A DNA stretch of 64,000 nucleotides from the NCBI RefSeq assembly GCF_006345805.1, contig NC_043000.1, positions 84,506,001-84,570,000 of the forward strand, given 5' to 3'. The notes below the pieces were generated by a model. The model was not told where the DNA came from and made no database searches. It saw only the letters and a program-made list of their open reading frames with translations. Below are positions 1 to 12,726 of the stretch, in pieces. Numbering within the stretch: position 1 is the stretch's first letter; each line of letters starts with the position of its first letter. This stretch comes from Octopus sinensis (Eukaryota). A program made the translations under genes and the position numbers.

Positions 1-949
1 TGCATTTTATAGCATATCTTCTCCTTCTCCCTATATCTAAGAAGGATGCCTTCAATTGCACTTAGGGGAATATATTGAAACTTGTACCCTTGACAAGAAG
101 CAGGTGAATCACCTCGTATTGATTTTCGTGCTTGGATGATAGTTCCCAGCAGAGAAGCAGAGAAGTACACGTTTTATGATAACGGTGCCATGCAGTCATT
201 CTCATATTCAAATGTTCCATGTTAAAGTCCTTTTGTTTAGAAGCTTGTTCGCCAAGTACGGAAGCAGATATGGATTAGAGACAGCTTCGTTCCACTATGT
301 GCACACATTTGTGCGTATGTTATTGATATTGTTGTTATAAATTTGAGGGCTTTTCTTGTGACTGATGTTATTAATTTTGTCAAACGTTTTGTTTACAATA
401 ATACTGTTTCTGCTGAAATGCCAAAACTATTTTTTTAGGATTTTCATTGGCAAATGATATGAATGTGAAATATTGTTGTTGCTATGGCTTGCTGCATCTT
501 TCAAAATGTTCTGAAAAATGTTGTTCCTTTTTGTTAAAGGGTTGATTTGAAAAGAAAGCTGTGTATACTTGGTTCTCTTTGCATTTCTGCTTTGTGAGTC
601 GTGATATCTTGCTCATTTGTCATCTTAGGGGCGTGTTTGGTCATTGCGTTACGAGGACATACGTTTACAAAATTGACAAAAGGAAAGAAAAATTAAATGT
701 CATGAAGACTTCCCTACAAAACTTTAAGATATGATACAAATTCTGGCAGACCCCGCCATCGTAAAATTATCCAATTTCCTTCGTGATATTATCCAAACTT
801 TACAGAAAATCTTTCCTTTACAGTTAAGAAATATCCAAATCTTAAGTAACGACCAGAACAACAACACTAATAATAAAACGATAATCGCGATGATGATTAC
901 TACTATGACAGCTACTACTACTGCTGCTGCTGCTGCTGCACTACTACTG

Positions 950-1013
<64 letters not shown>

Positions 1014-1014
<1 letters not shown>

Positions 1015-1568
1015 CCCTGATGCAGTACCAGACAGTGGCTCTCATGGCTTCTGATCTTGACTGATTGGAAGTGTTATCATGTACATTGTTTTGTCTTGGT
1101 ATAAAAGATGGGCTACAGCAAATATTCTGCTCAATACCACAGATTTGCTTGTCAGTTGCTTCCTCTTAACCAGTTGAGCATGTCCCTTAGTGGCTGACGA
1201 TATGTGCATCTCTGATAACGATCAGAAGTAGTGGGGGAGCATCATAGCCATGTGTTGAAAGGAATTCTTGCAGGTTTTGGATAATTCACCTTTGGAAACA
1301 TGGGTGTTTCGTACAACATCCTTAAACAATCCTTATTCAGGGACCTTTTGAGCAGGATAGGTTACTCGATCAGAAGAAAATTCTAACTGGGCCCCAACTG
1401 CAAGGTCATGCGCTGTTTATCTTGATATGAGATCACCATGTCGCGCACATATAGTTGTGATGCATGTGCCTAGTGTACCCTTATCAGACGAGTAGTCACG
1501 ATGGGCATACTGGGCTTTGTATATTTTACCCCAGTGTCACTTTGATGGCATGCACTGCTCTCTCACTC
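1014..1568. mobile_element. ~555-bp interspersed repeat embedded in (AAT)n on both sides; probable TAA-targeting non-LTR element fragment or SINE
   Basis: Unique-complexity block bounded exactly by (AAT)n tracts at 953-1013 and 1569-1634. It resembles an abundant octopus repeat (recognition only). Confidence 0.6.
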
Positions 1569-1624
<56 letters not shown>

Positions 1625-1654
1625 TAATAATAATAGTCACACCAACAATAATAA

Positions 1655-2030
1655 TCCTTTCCGCGCTAGCTCTGAAATTTTGGATGGATTACATCGACCC
1701 CAGTGCTCAGCTGGTACTTATCTCATCGACCTTGAGAGGGTGAAGCGGCAACATCGAACCTAGAAGAAGAAGAAGAAGAAGAAGAAGAAGAAGACGACGA
1801 CGACGACATTCCTACTATTTAGGGAATGACAAGTCGATTATTATAATAATTGTTTGTTATCTAGGCTCAAGGCCAGAAATTTTTGAGGGGAGGGTAAATT
1901 AGAACTAGCGTCCTCGGTATTTGACTGGTACTACTTATTTTGTCGATCTTGAAAGGCAAACGTAATTTCAGCAGAATTTGATCCCAGAACGTAAACGACT
2001 AGAATTGCAAACGCAAAACATTTTGTCCCA
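1655..2030 (-). mobile_element. Two decayed copies of tRNA-derived SINE family A
   Basis: Reverse-strand matches to the family-A body (gattacatcgaccccagt...ctggtactta...tcgacc) at about 1655-1760 and 1860-2030. Confidence 0.65.
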
Positions 2031-2519
2031 CAGTTTAAAGATTTGTCAATCAAATATCAGTAATAATAACCAACCATATCCGTAGAATTTCCACGCTTAT
2101 TGAAATTTATGGATGGCTTTGAATAATATTTCTTTTTATCTTTTACTTGGTTCAGTCATTGGACTCTAGCCATTCTTGAGCACTGCCTTGAACGGTTTTA
2201 GTCAAACAAATTGACCTACTACTTATTTGTTAAGTCTAATGAACTCTCTATCCGAACCTCTAATTTATGGGGATGTAGGCAAAAAAAAACAGCGTTTTTT
2301 TGAGCAGCACGGATGTACAAATACAAGCATACACACATATACACGCACGAACGTACGCACGCACACACATACACACATACATGCACGCGCGTAAGCTCAC
2401 ACACATGCATACTAAATTTGCCAGTTTGACTGAAAGAAAAATAAAACATAACATCCCATCCAAAAATAAAAATGTTTTTAAAAAATCGAATTTGATCAGT
2501 TACATTAAGACTGAGAGTT

Positions 2520-3068
2520 AGCAGTTTACATACAGTAGCCGCTCTCGCTTCCATCATGTACACAAGGCGCCTTCGGAACCTGGCACGTGCGTTCTTCACT
2601 GTGGGGACTAGCTCAGCCCTGATGTTGTAGATAGAGCTCTTGGTGTCTTTCTCAGCCACGCCCCACGCATAGTAATCAATGCCATTACAACCGGAGGAAT
2701 TAGGAAGCCAGAAATTGAAGCTGGTGAAGTAGAAATTCTCCGGGAACCACTTCTGACTCTTTCCGGAGGTATGGCAAGAAGCCAAATCCTGCTGCGACAC
2801 ATGACCTTCAAGCAGTAACCATCTCCAAACAGAGTTTAACCACAATCTCCAGTAGCTTCATATAGCCGTCCGAATTGTGTCTAATGCTCTGTTCAAAGAA
2901 TTGGGACGGTATGACGTCACCCTGACTGGAGATACACACAAAGACCATTAGACGTTGAGGAAACTTGGGTATCAGGATGTTCGTGTCTCGTCTTACAGCC
3001 TGTACATTGTTCACAGAGTATTGATCAGCAGTCATGATATCGACATTTTGATAGTCGGTGGGAATCAC
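2520..3068 (-). pseudogene. Tc1/mariner-superfamily (maT/DD37D-like) transposase relic, catalytic half
   Basis: Minus-strand translations read IPKFPQRLMVFVCISSQGDVIPSQFFEQ and QQDLASCHTSGKSQKW...WLPNSSGCNGIDYYAWGVAEK...RFRRRL. The spacing between the 2nd and 3rd Asp is 36 aa here, consistent with DD37D minus one codon. Frameshifted. Confidence 0.85.
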
Positions 3069-3597
3069 TATAACACAGGTAACACTTTTTTAGCATTCAA
3101 GTGGTTCCCGTCTTCCATGTGAGCTAATTTTTTCTCAACTACTTCTTTAATCTTTATGCTCTCCAACGCCATTGACTGTTCACCAATACATCAAGTAGTT
3201 CCAAAGAAAAATGATACATAAAATATCATCAAATTTACCCACCCCACCAACACTCTGTAGATACATATACATGTATACAACGGGCTGTCAAACATCTTCC
3301 GTCTACTAATGCTAACAAGTTATTGGTCGGCCTTGGGCTATAGTAGATGGTACTTGCCCCGTGGTTACATACCAAGCTTCTTAACCACACAGCCGATGCA
3401 TTATTACTCTGTTTTACATATATTACTTTTTGTACAGGAGTGTCATTACCAGACTGTATCTTTACAGCAAATGAATGCGCTATAAAAAGAGCTATATAGA
3501 ATCACACTCAAGAAAACACAGGGTTGTGTCTCTTTAACTTTCCGTTGTAACTTTGTTATTAAAATTATACATATACATATATATATACATAAATACA

Positions 3598-3660
<63 letters not shown>

Positions 3661-3663
<3 letters not shown>

Positions 3664-4148
3664 AGTAATTGAATGAATTATCTTATTAAGGATAATTCGA
3701 AAGATAACCGATACCTGGGTAGCAAATTCACATCAGAAAGAACACGGTTGAAGCTACGTCCCTAGGGCATAGACTACGTGTCTTCGTGCGGAAATTTGTA
3801 TGTTTATTTTAAAATTATAAATATATGAAAGAATGAGTTGAACGACTAGTTAACAAATATCCTTTATTCTCGACATATGTTTCGAAGGCTGCATATTCCT
3901 AATTCCGAAGGAATAAGGAGTACATTATGCAGATTTCTCATCAGGAAAATCAAGGAACCTATGTCGACATCAAAATGCACAAAACACTTTTAGCTGACCG
4001 CTCTCAAGGAGCCCATGGCGATAATTGATTTTCTTGATGAGAAATCTGCATAATGTACTTCGGAATTAGGAATATGCAGCCTTCGAATCATATGTCGAGA
4101 ATAAAGGATATTTGTTAACTAGTCGTTCAACTCCATTCTTTCATATAC
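3661..4148. mobile_element. Penelope-like element end: ~160-bp leader plus a fold-back with ~125-bp inverted arms carrying hammerhead motifs
   Basis: The arm at 3825-3955 is the reverse complement of 4025-4148 except for a short indel and two core changes. The leader at 3661-3820 resembles 54437-54590. Flanked by (TA)n. Confidence 0.7.
3865..3950 (-). ncRNA. Minimal type I hammerhead ribozyme motif, intact core
   Basis: Minus strand: AUUUUC-CUGAUGA-G..CUGCAUA..UAUGCAG..C-GAAAC-AUAU-GUC^GAGAAU. Stem I is 6 bp and stem III is palindromic (ACAUAUGU). Predicted cut between 3872 and 3871. Confidence 0.7.
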
Positions 4149-4170
4149 TTTTATATATATATTTATATAT

Positions 4171-5547
4171 ATAATTTCAACAATTGAGGGTAAAATTAAT
4201 TAATTATTAATCAATTTCACCAAGTATTCAGTATGCAAAGGGACCATTTAAGGCGAATTCAAATTATTACATTATATAAAAGGGCTTAGTAAAATAAATT
4301 ACTTTGCCGCATACTGAACTCATTAGAAATAGTAGCTAAAAAAACTTTTTTTAAACTATTTCTAATACTTAAAGAAAACCCCTCTCATATAGTGTTTGCT
4401 CAATTCAACTCACGAAAGTATGGGGGTAAAGACATTAAAAAATCAAATGCAAAGGTTATTTGAGAACGTACGTTTCAAGATTAGTCAACTCGACATTTCT
4501 ATCATCAGCTCAGAACTCCTTGGTTTGGATTTGAAAACACTGAAAGTGGGAGCATACCCTTTCGGCTTCTTATCGCTTCTGAAGATCTGCTCGAAACTAA
4601 CAGTGCCAGCAAACTCAAATATGCAAGCGAAGAATTTCCACCAGCGTGGGCTAAAATCAGTAAACACTATGCTTTTTCGGTAAAATCCTAGGCATTAAAT
4701 AGAGAGAGATGAATTATAATTTCAACAATTGAGGGTAAAATTAATTAATTATTAATCAATTTCACCAAGTATTCAGTATGCAAAGGGACCATTTAAGGCG
4801 AATTCAAATTATTACATTATATAAAAGGGCTTAGTAAAATAAATTACTTTGCCGCATACTGAACTCATTAGAAATAGTAGCTAAAAAAACTTTTTTTAAA
4901 CTATTTCTAATACTTAAAGAAAACCTCTCTCATATAGTGTTTGCTCAATTCAACTCACGAAAGTATGGGGGTAAAGACATTAAAAAATCAAATGCAAAGG
5001 TTATTTGAGAACGTACGTTTCAAGATTAGTCAACACGACATTTCTATCATCAGCTCAGAACTCCTTGGTTTGGATTTGAAAACACTGAAAGTGTTATATT
5101 TAATGCCTCGGATTTTACCGAAAAAGCATAGTGTTTACTGATTTTAGCCCACGCTGGTGGAAAGGGGAGAGCAGAAATTCTTCGCTTGCATATTTGAGTG
5201 TGCTGGCACTGTTAGTTTCGAGCAGATCTTCAGAAGCGATAAGAAGCCGAAAGGGTATGCTCCCACTTTCAGTGTTTTCAAATCCAAACCAAGGAGTTCT
5301 GAGCTGATGATAGGAATGTCGAGTTGACTAATCTTGAAACGTACGTTCTCAAATAACCTTTGCATTTGATTTTTTAATGTCTTTACCCCCATACTTTCGT
5401 GAGTTGAATTGAGCAAACACTATATGAGAGAGGTTTTCTTTAAGTATTAGAAATAGTTTAAAAAAAGTTTTTTTAGCTACTATTTCTAATGAGTTCAGTA
5501 TGCGGCAAAGTAATTTATTTTACTAAGCCCTTTTATATAATGTAATA
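4171..5547. mobile_element. Penelope-like tandem plus inverted array of a 545-bp unit
   Basis: Copy A 4171-4700 (+), partial copy B 4716-5093 (+), inverted copy C about 5097-5547. The copies are nearly identical; C has a 12-bp insertion. Each carries a hammerhead-like motif. Flanked by (TA)n. Confidence 0.75.
5300..5351 (+). ncRNA. Hammerhead-like motif (further copies at 4461-4512 and 5006-5056 on the minus strand)
   Basis: UGAG-CUGAUGA-U-AGGA..UCUU-GAAAC-GUAC-GUU^CUCA. Stem I is 4 bp, stem III is palindromic (ACGUACGU), stem II is weak. Confidence 0.5.
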
Positions 5548-5726
5548 TTTATATATATATGTATATATGCATGGATGTACCAAAAGCATGTAAGCACATA
5601 AGTATGAATATGAAATTTTAAAGAAACACATTGCTTAATATGGTACTTACTTCGTTTATTGGTACTATTAGCTCAAGCGACACGCACTTTTTCAGATTGG
5701 AAAATAAATTTCAATTGAGAGTATGA

Positions 5727-6140
5727 AGGCGTAGGACTGGCTGTGTGGTAAGTAGCTTGCTTACCAACCACATGGTTCCAGGTTCAATCCCACTGCGTGG
5801 CACCTTAGGCAAGTGTCTTCTACTATAGCCTCGGGCCGACCAAAGATTTGTGAGTGGATTTCGTTGACCGAAACTGAAAGAAGCCCGCCGTATATATGTA
5901 TATATATATGTATGTATGTGTGTATATATGTTTGTGTGACTCTGTTTGTCCCCCCAACATCGCTTGACAACCGATGGTGGTGTGTTTACGTCTCCGTAAC
6001 TTAGCGGTTCGGCAAAAGTGACCGATAGGATAAGTACTAGGCTTACAAAGAATAAGTCCTGGGGTCGATTTTCTCGACTAATGGCGTTGCTCCAGTATGG
6101 CCTCAGTCAAATGACTGAAACAAGTAAAAGAGTAAAAGTA
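5727..6140 (+). mobile_element. tRNA-derived SINE family B, full length
   Basis: Head ggctgtgtggtaagtagcttgc..ggttcaatccc with Pol III A/B-like boxes; body gcaccttaggcaagtgtctt; tail gactgaaacaagtaaaagagtaaaag. Matches 21471 and 29452. Confidence 0.85.
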
Positions 6141-6384
6141 AATTATCACGCCGATGCTTCGTAGCGGAATAATGCCATATATAGACTAAGTTTTCCATTT
6201 CGTTCTATAGATACAATGATTTAGAACACTGGCTGTATACATTATTCTTTCAACAATCCTAAAATAATTTTAATGTTCACCATCAAATCGTTACTGCTTA
6301 TAAACACTGCCTCCATTTATCTAACCATACCGACGTCATCAGCAGAACACACTATTATATCTATCTGGTTATTCGTGCTTGTGG

Positions 6385-6452
<68 letters not shown>

Positions 6453-6771
6453 ACCTATCACAACATCCTCTTCAACTGTATCCATCTCTTTTGCTCGCAA
6501 TTTGCTTTCCTCTCCACCACCACAATGACAACAGGTGCCTACAGACCTCAGATCATCAGATACACACACACACTTACGCACGCACGCACACAAACACATA
6601 TCCACCCATCCATCTATCCATCAGTCCAACAATTCATACACATATATATACATGCGTACTTACATACACACATACAAACATAAAAAACTACACATAAAAA
6701 CATACGAACACAAAAAACTACATGCACATGTTTCTGCGCGTTTATATTGGATATGTATATATATGCACGTT

Positions 6772-7070
6772 AGGCGCAATGGCTTAGTGTTTAGGACAGC
6801 GAACTCGTGGTCGGAGGATCGTGGTTTAGATTCCCAGACCGGGCGTTGTGTGTGTTTATTGAGCGAAAACACCTAAAAGCTCCACGAGGCTCCGGCAGGG
6901 GGTGGTGGCGACCCCTGTTGTACTCTTTCGCCACAACTTTCTCTCACTCTCTCTTCTTGTTTCTTTAGTAACGCTGCGATTGACTGGCGTCCCGTCCAGC
7001 TGGGGGGAACAAATACGCCACAGAAACCGGGAAACCGGGCCCATGAGCCTGGCTAGGCTTGAATAGGGTG
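6772..7070 (+). mobile_element. tRNA-derived SINE family C with a V-domain-like segment
   Basis: A/B-box head tggcttagtg...ttagattccc; ctgcgattgactggcgtcccgtccag resembles the V-SINE central domain. Matches 39211 and 56686. Confidence 0.8.
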
Positions 7071-8499
7071 AGGTTTTTATATAATGCACATGCACTTTTT
7101 TCCCTCTCCGTCAATCAATATTTTAATCCTCTCGCACTTTCTTCCCTCTTTGTCTGTTTGTCTCCGTTTCTCTGTTTTCACGTACCATTATCATCATTAA
7201 TGTCACCGCAGCCAACATACCAAACACGATTACGCTTCTCTCTCACCACCCTTAGCGTAATGGATTCCCTTGTACGGTATTAATAATGACAATTCTTTAT
7301 GTTGGCCATACGTTGGGCCCAAGACATTAGGGTACAATACAACTTCGCAATAAAATCTAAAGTGAGGTTTCACTCGAGGAAGGAGAAGAAAATATCAACA
7401 AACACTAGATATAACAATAGAATATCCTCAAGATAGCATCCTCAATAATCGGGATCACTATCTGGGGCAAATCGGATGAAAACTATGCACAAACTCAAAG
7501 TTTACTCGGAGCATAAGAGGCATTACAAGTAATCCCTCCTAGTTTCTTCTCTCAATTCTAGAAATAGGTTCATCAACCCTCGTCAGTTTTTCCATTCACA
7601 TTCACACATGAAAGTAACTCTCATCAAACCTTAAAATTTTCTTTAGTATTCCAGTCCTCAAGCCCTTCAAAGGCGTCTATCTACAACTTCTTTGACGATA
7701 GCCACCAGGCAGAAGAGGATCGGTTGCCCTTCCCAGCGACAGGAAGAAAGAAAAAGGAAAGAAAGAAAAAGATTCACTTTAATGAAATCATGTGAACATA
7801 AAAGCAATAATTCTAAAGCTGAAAAAATGTTTTGAGCTGTTGTAGTTTTATAATTAAAACTAAATTGAAAATTTAAATTTTGGAACATATTACTTGCTCT
7901 TTTGTAAAATAAGACCAGTTTTCAATGCCTCGGTGAAATAATTAAGTTTACAATGGCAATATATGTGCGTGCGTATTTGTGTATGTGTGTGTGTGTGAAA
8001 GCGGGTAGGTGTATGTGTATGTGTGTGTCTTTAATGGCCGATGGTCGATCTAAAGTCACTATGCTCAGTCATGCATTGAAAGAAGGAATCTGAACTAAAT
8101 CCTATAACTTCTTTCAATCTCTTTATCTATCTCTATATACACCCATACTCCCTCTCACACACATAAACAACACACACACACAGAGACACACACAAACACA
8201 TACACATACTCATAGATACATACATACATTTTTTGGAGTGTTTTGTTGTTTTCTGTCAATGTCCCAAAAGGAACTACAATTAATTTCCATGAGAATTGTG
8301 ACTGCTTTGAAAATGGTTAGGAAAGTGACTTTAATTGAATGAATCGATGTCACTAATGTATTTAAAACTATGGTTATTTATTTGAAAAGAGGACCCATTA
8401 CATTGTTATGTTTAGTTATTGAAAGAACGCCTCTGCATGCAAGATTGCTGAGAGGGGACCCTCCTGTATTGAGTGCTATGTACCCTTCAAAGCAGGAGG

Positions 8500-9300
8500 G
8501 CGCTATATCTATTGCATGCCCAGGGCAATCGCCCTCTTCGAAACCCTATAAATCCGGCCTTGCTTGGAAGTCCACTAGACGACACAACGACACAGCTCAA
8601 ATTGCCTTTGTCAATGCACAAGATCGTCCTTGTTTGCTCATAATCCACCATAGAATGTGAGTGTTGTTTTTGTGACCCATTCTATTATCCAACAAGTGGA
8701 AACCACAGCCTAGCAGCCTTCTCGATGACTAACACTCAACCTCGATCTGTGCTTGAATCATTACACAAGTAAGTCAAGGATGCTGGCTGTGGAACGGTGT
8801 GTCGGCGAAAAGTGTCCAATCTAGCGTACCTTCTCTTCTTTCGTCGTAGTTCTTACAGTGGCCAAGTGCGCTACTTGCAGTGGTCAAGTGCGTACTTGCG
8901 CGTCGACATCACCATAGAGCGTACGTTGGCAGCAGAAGGTTTTCTTAACCAGTGGAGCCTTCTTTTCTGCATGACTAAAGGCTTTTATCTAGTCAAATGC
9001 TTCTGACGACACGGTCCAGCGTTCAGGCAGTAATAGGCAAACCGAAGCGATGTAGGTGTCAGCTACTTCAGCCCGTTCGTTCAGGGATGGATTCCTCTCG
9101 GCCTATTTCTTAGTGAGACTGATCGCCCTGCTCACTACCTTTTCCCAGTTTCTATCTACCTAGAAAATCAGTTCGAACTAGACCCCAAGTACATTGACAA
9201 TGAGTACATTCCAATGACAGAAATTACCGGCCTTTCTAGGTGCCAAGTTGCAGTCCTCTTAAAGTAATGTTGTCGAGTCATTCGACTAAAAATTCTTCTA
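8500..9300 (-). pseudogene. L1/Tx1-clade reverse transcriptase relic (post-YADD region)
   Basis: Minus-strand frames read GLQLGT*KGR and LGV*FELIF*VDRNWEKVVSRAISLTKK*AERNPSLNERAEVADTYIASV. Many stops. Confidence 0.7.
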
Positions 9301-9332
9301 GGCGATGCCCTAATATGACCGGTGTGTGTGTG

Positions 9333-9381
<49 letters not shown>

Positions 9382-10008
9382 CACTCGCGCACACACACAT
9401 ACATATGTGTGTGTATGTGTCTATATGTCTGTGTGTGTGTATAACGAATTTAAAATAAAATGTAAGGATGTGATAGATAAAGATAATATATAGCAGCACG
9501 AACAACAATGACAATTAAAACACCGAGCAGCAAATTTACCGTTTGCCGCTGCTGTCAATTATTTTCATATCAATCCAGTGTAGATTGATTAGATATATGT
9601 GGAATCAAAGTGCAATTCTAATGCATTAAAATGAAGAGTAAATGAGCGGCGAAAAACGGTAATGTTGCAGAAATAAAGAGGTAAATGTATTAAAAGTGTT
9701 GATAGTGCCAACATTGAAGAATGGCAAGAATTCAAGGAATTCAAAGTGCGATATAAAAATACATATATGCATCCGACAGCTTCGCTCTTACATATCATAT
9801 GATAATGATGAAGTGTCTGTTCTGTATGTGTATGCGTTTGTGCGAGTGTGTGTGTGTGTGTGTGCGCGCGCGCATATTTGATTGCATGTGAGCGTGTATG
9901 GTTGTGCATCTATGCGAATGTTGATGGAAGTGCGTGACATTTATTTACAGCCACGGGAACGCGTTAGCAGCACAACACATGGACATTCATATACAAATGA
10001 GCGTCACA

Positions 10009-10062
<54 letters not shown>

Positions 10063-10317
10063 AATGCATGATTAGATTTAATCTTTTAATCCCTTGACAT
10101 GGTATTTCTAGCATTGCTTAATCGCTCCCTTTCTTTCTTTCTCTATCACTGCATCTATATGTGTGCGCATTTATATGCATACATTCATGTATATATACAC
10201 ATATAGTTACAAACATATATACACGCTTATGTATATATGCACGTAGGTACACAGAACTAAATTAATGATAAATCAAAATATTAATATTAATGATATTAAT
10301 ATTATAAAATTAAGCAA

Positions 10318-10745
10318 GGCGGGAACTGGCAGAATCGTAAGCACGCCCGGCGAATTGCATAGCGGCATTTCGTCTGTCTTAATGTTCTGAGTTGAAATTC
10401 CCCCGAAGCCGACTCTGCCTTTCATCGTTTCAGGGCCGATAAAATAAAGACTAGTTAAACACTGGGGTTGACATAATCGATTTAGCTACACTCCTGAACT
10501 TACTGTCCTTTTGCCAAAATTTGAAATTAATATTATAAAATTAAACGAAGCGGCGAGCTGGCAGAATCATTAGCACGCCGGGCGAAAAGAGCCGCATTTC
10601 TACTGTCTTCGTGTTCTGAGTTCAAATTCTACCGAGGTCGACTTTGCCATTCATCCCTTTCCGGTTCGATAAAACTGGGGTCGAAGAAATCAACTAGCCC
10701 CACCTCCGAACCTGCTGGCAATGTGCAAAAATTTAAAACTAATAT
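10318..10745 (+). mobile_element. Two adjacent copies of SINE family A
   Basis: Heads ggcgggaactggcagaatcgtaagc (10318) and gcggcgagctggcagaatcattagc (10550); B-box-like gagttcaaattc; shared body. Confidence 0.85.
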
Positions 10746-12479
10746 TAGAAAATTAAGTACTGCCTCACATAGACTAACATAGGTGTGCAGTCAAATCAAA
10801 TAACGACTTGTATTCGATAAAGTAACTGAACACGATACAGTGAAACACGTAGTGAAAATCTATGATATATTTCACGTGTCCACTTCGTTTCCTATATGAT
10901 TGCCTCAGCACTTTAAATGTTGACTTAATTAGACTTTATGATTCTCTAAATGGTTATGGTTTAATTAGAGTTCTATAGTTTGAATAAAGCTAATAATACT
11001 ATAAAGGTTGCAGAATTCTGAAATAACTTTTAACCAGTATAGTATATTGGTTGTTTCCTCTATTAATGATGTGTCAGTTTTAATTAAGTTGGTAGGTGTA
11101 TGAGGGTTCCTCAATGTCTAAACTAATATTAAGTCCTGCTAGACGTTATTAATTGCTGATTTCATTATGTTTGGAAAGTTCGCGCTTGTAAAAGTGGTTG
11201 GAAGTCTCTTTCTGCTATCTACAAATATACATTTATACTAATTTAGAAATTTTCTTTCTTCAAAATCATTGGGTTAACACTTTCTCTTATATGTTCGTGT
11301 AAAAGAAAGCCAGTGAATCATTAATTATATACACTAAGTGTATACTGTCTGGTAATCTTTAATTTATTGATAGTATATATTTAGCTTTTGATCATGGAAA
11401 GTGTTAACAAGAATATGTGGAGGCGGGGTTATTTTGTAGATAGCCGGAATAATGAGTAAGAGAGTAAGAGTAGCAATGCTGTCAGGTTAAATTTTAATAA
11501 TTCTGGAAGTAGAACTTGAAAAGTCATATTAAACTCGAGGGAGTTGTAACTATTGGTTTCCTTCAAATATTCGATAATAATGGATCTTCCTTAGTTTAGG
11601 AATGTCTGTGAAAAGCTCTGTGTTAATAGCTTTAATAATTTATTCATTGTATTTGAAATACTCGTTGCTAATGGATTTGTGAAATTTAAACTTCGTTTTG
11701 CGACAAATATGAAAATGAAGAGACAAGATTTTGATATCATGAATGATGTACAGAATAATCCACAGTAATAAACCATTTAGTTATGTTCTTCAAGTCCATG
11801 AGTTATAACGTTGTCGGATATTTAAGTTCATCCGCTTCTGGAATTGACTAAATAACTACGAGTAATATATTCAGTCTGGTTATTCAGTTATATCCTGTTT
11901 AAAGAAAGAGAGATTTAAAATATATGTCATCGTGTTTTTCTTATCGATATCAGTTTAGAAAAATCAATAAAATTTAGCGATCATAATTCATCTCCCTAAA
12001 CAACTACCTAAATTTTCCAATCAAAATTCCTTCTTTTATTGTGTTCTCATTAATCATAGAGACCATTAGGCTTTAATCTCATGAGTCTATGCCCGTTTAT
12101 TTTGGCAGTGTTATAAATACTATTATTTAGAGAGTCTGGCAAAATACTATAACTTATCTGAGTTCGAGCCCGCTTGACGTCAATTTGTATTTTTCTTCGT
12201 CGAAAAAACTTGATAAATAAAGTACTTACGTTAAGTTATTCGATAAGTTAGCCTTCTATGGATAAAAAAAAGACCCTGGAGATGCACGTTAATGTACTGA
12301 AGTGTTAAGTCGGACTGAAGGGTCCCTAACAATTTTAGACCATGACTGTTCTTGGCCTTGACAATACGAGACTGTGAGATCGATACAGTTGAATTTGCAT
12401 TTGAACAACTACACATGGACACAACTTTATTTTTGCATTGTTTCCGTCGATCCTGAAATGTGAAAGATTTCGTAGATGC

Positions 12480-12726
12480 TTAGGTAGATGATAGTTAAGT
12501 CCTCCGGTTAGAAAATAAGTCAGTCCCCTGGATAGATAATAGTTACGTTCTCTAGGTAGGTGCTAGATTTTTCCTCTGGGTAAGTATTAGAGAAGTCCTC
12601 TGGAAACATTTTTATGAACCCAGAGGACTTATCTAAGCCCTCCAGGTAGATAATATACTTTCCCTCTGAGTAGGTAATACATAAGTTCTCTAGATAGATA
12701 ATATCTAAGTCTTCTGGATAGGTCAA
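12480..12726 (-). repeat. Degenerate 24-bp minisatellite with an open frame of 8-aa periodicity
   Basis: ORF 12520-12726 reads TYPEDLDI/IYLENLCI/TYSEGKYI/IYLEGLDK/.../TYPEEKSS/TYLENVTI/IYPGD. The periodicity continues past the stop. Confidence 0.7.

Noticed and set aside
1-620. Coding relic at the window start
   Set aside because: Stops in all frames and no motif I can assign.
4396-5416. Thrice-repeated ORF MLNSTHESMGVKTLKNQ...
   Set aside because: It arises from the 545-bp repeat unit, uses a TTG start, has no recognisable motif, and ends differently in each copy.
5727-5810. tRNA genes (SINE heads here and elsewhere)
   Set aside because: A/B boxes are present, but there is no complete cloverleaf and each continues into a SINE body.
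10900-12000. Possible very old Penelope RT on the minus strand (ISLDIE-like hexapeptide)
   Set aside because: Only one short motif amid stops in AT-rich sequence; needs a profile search.
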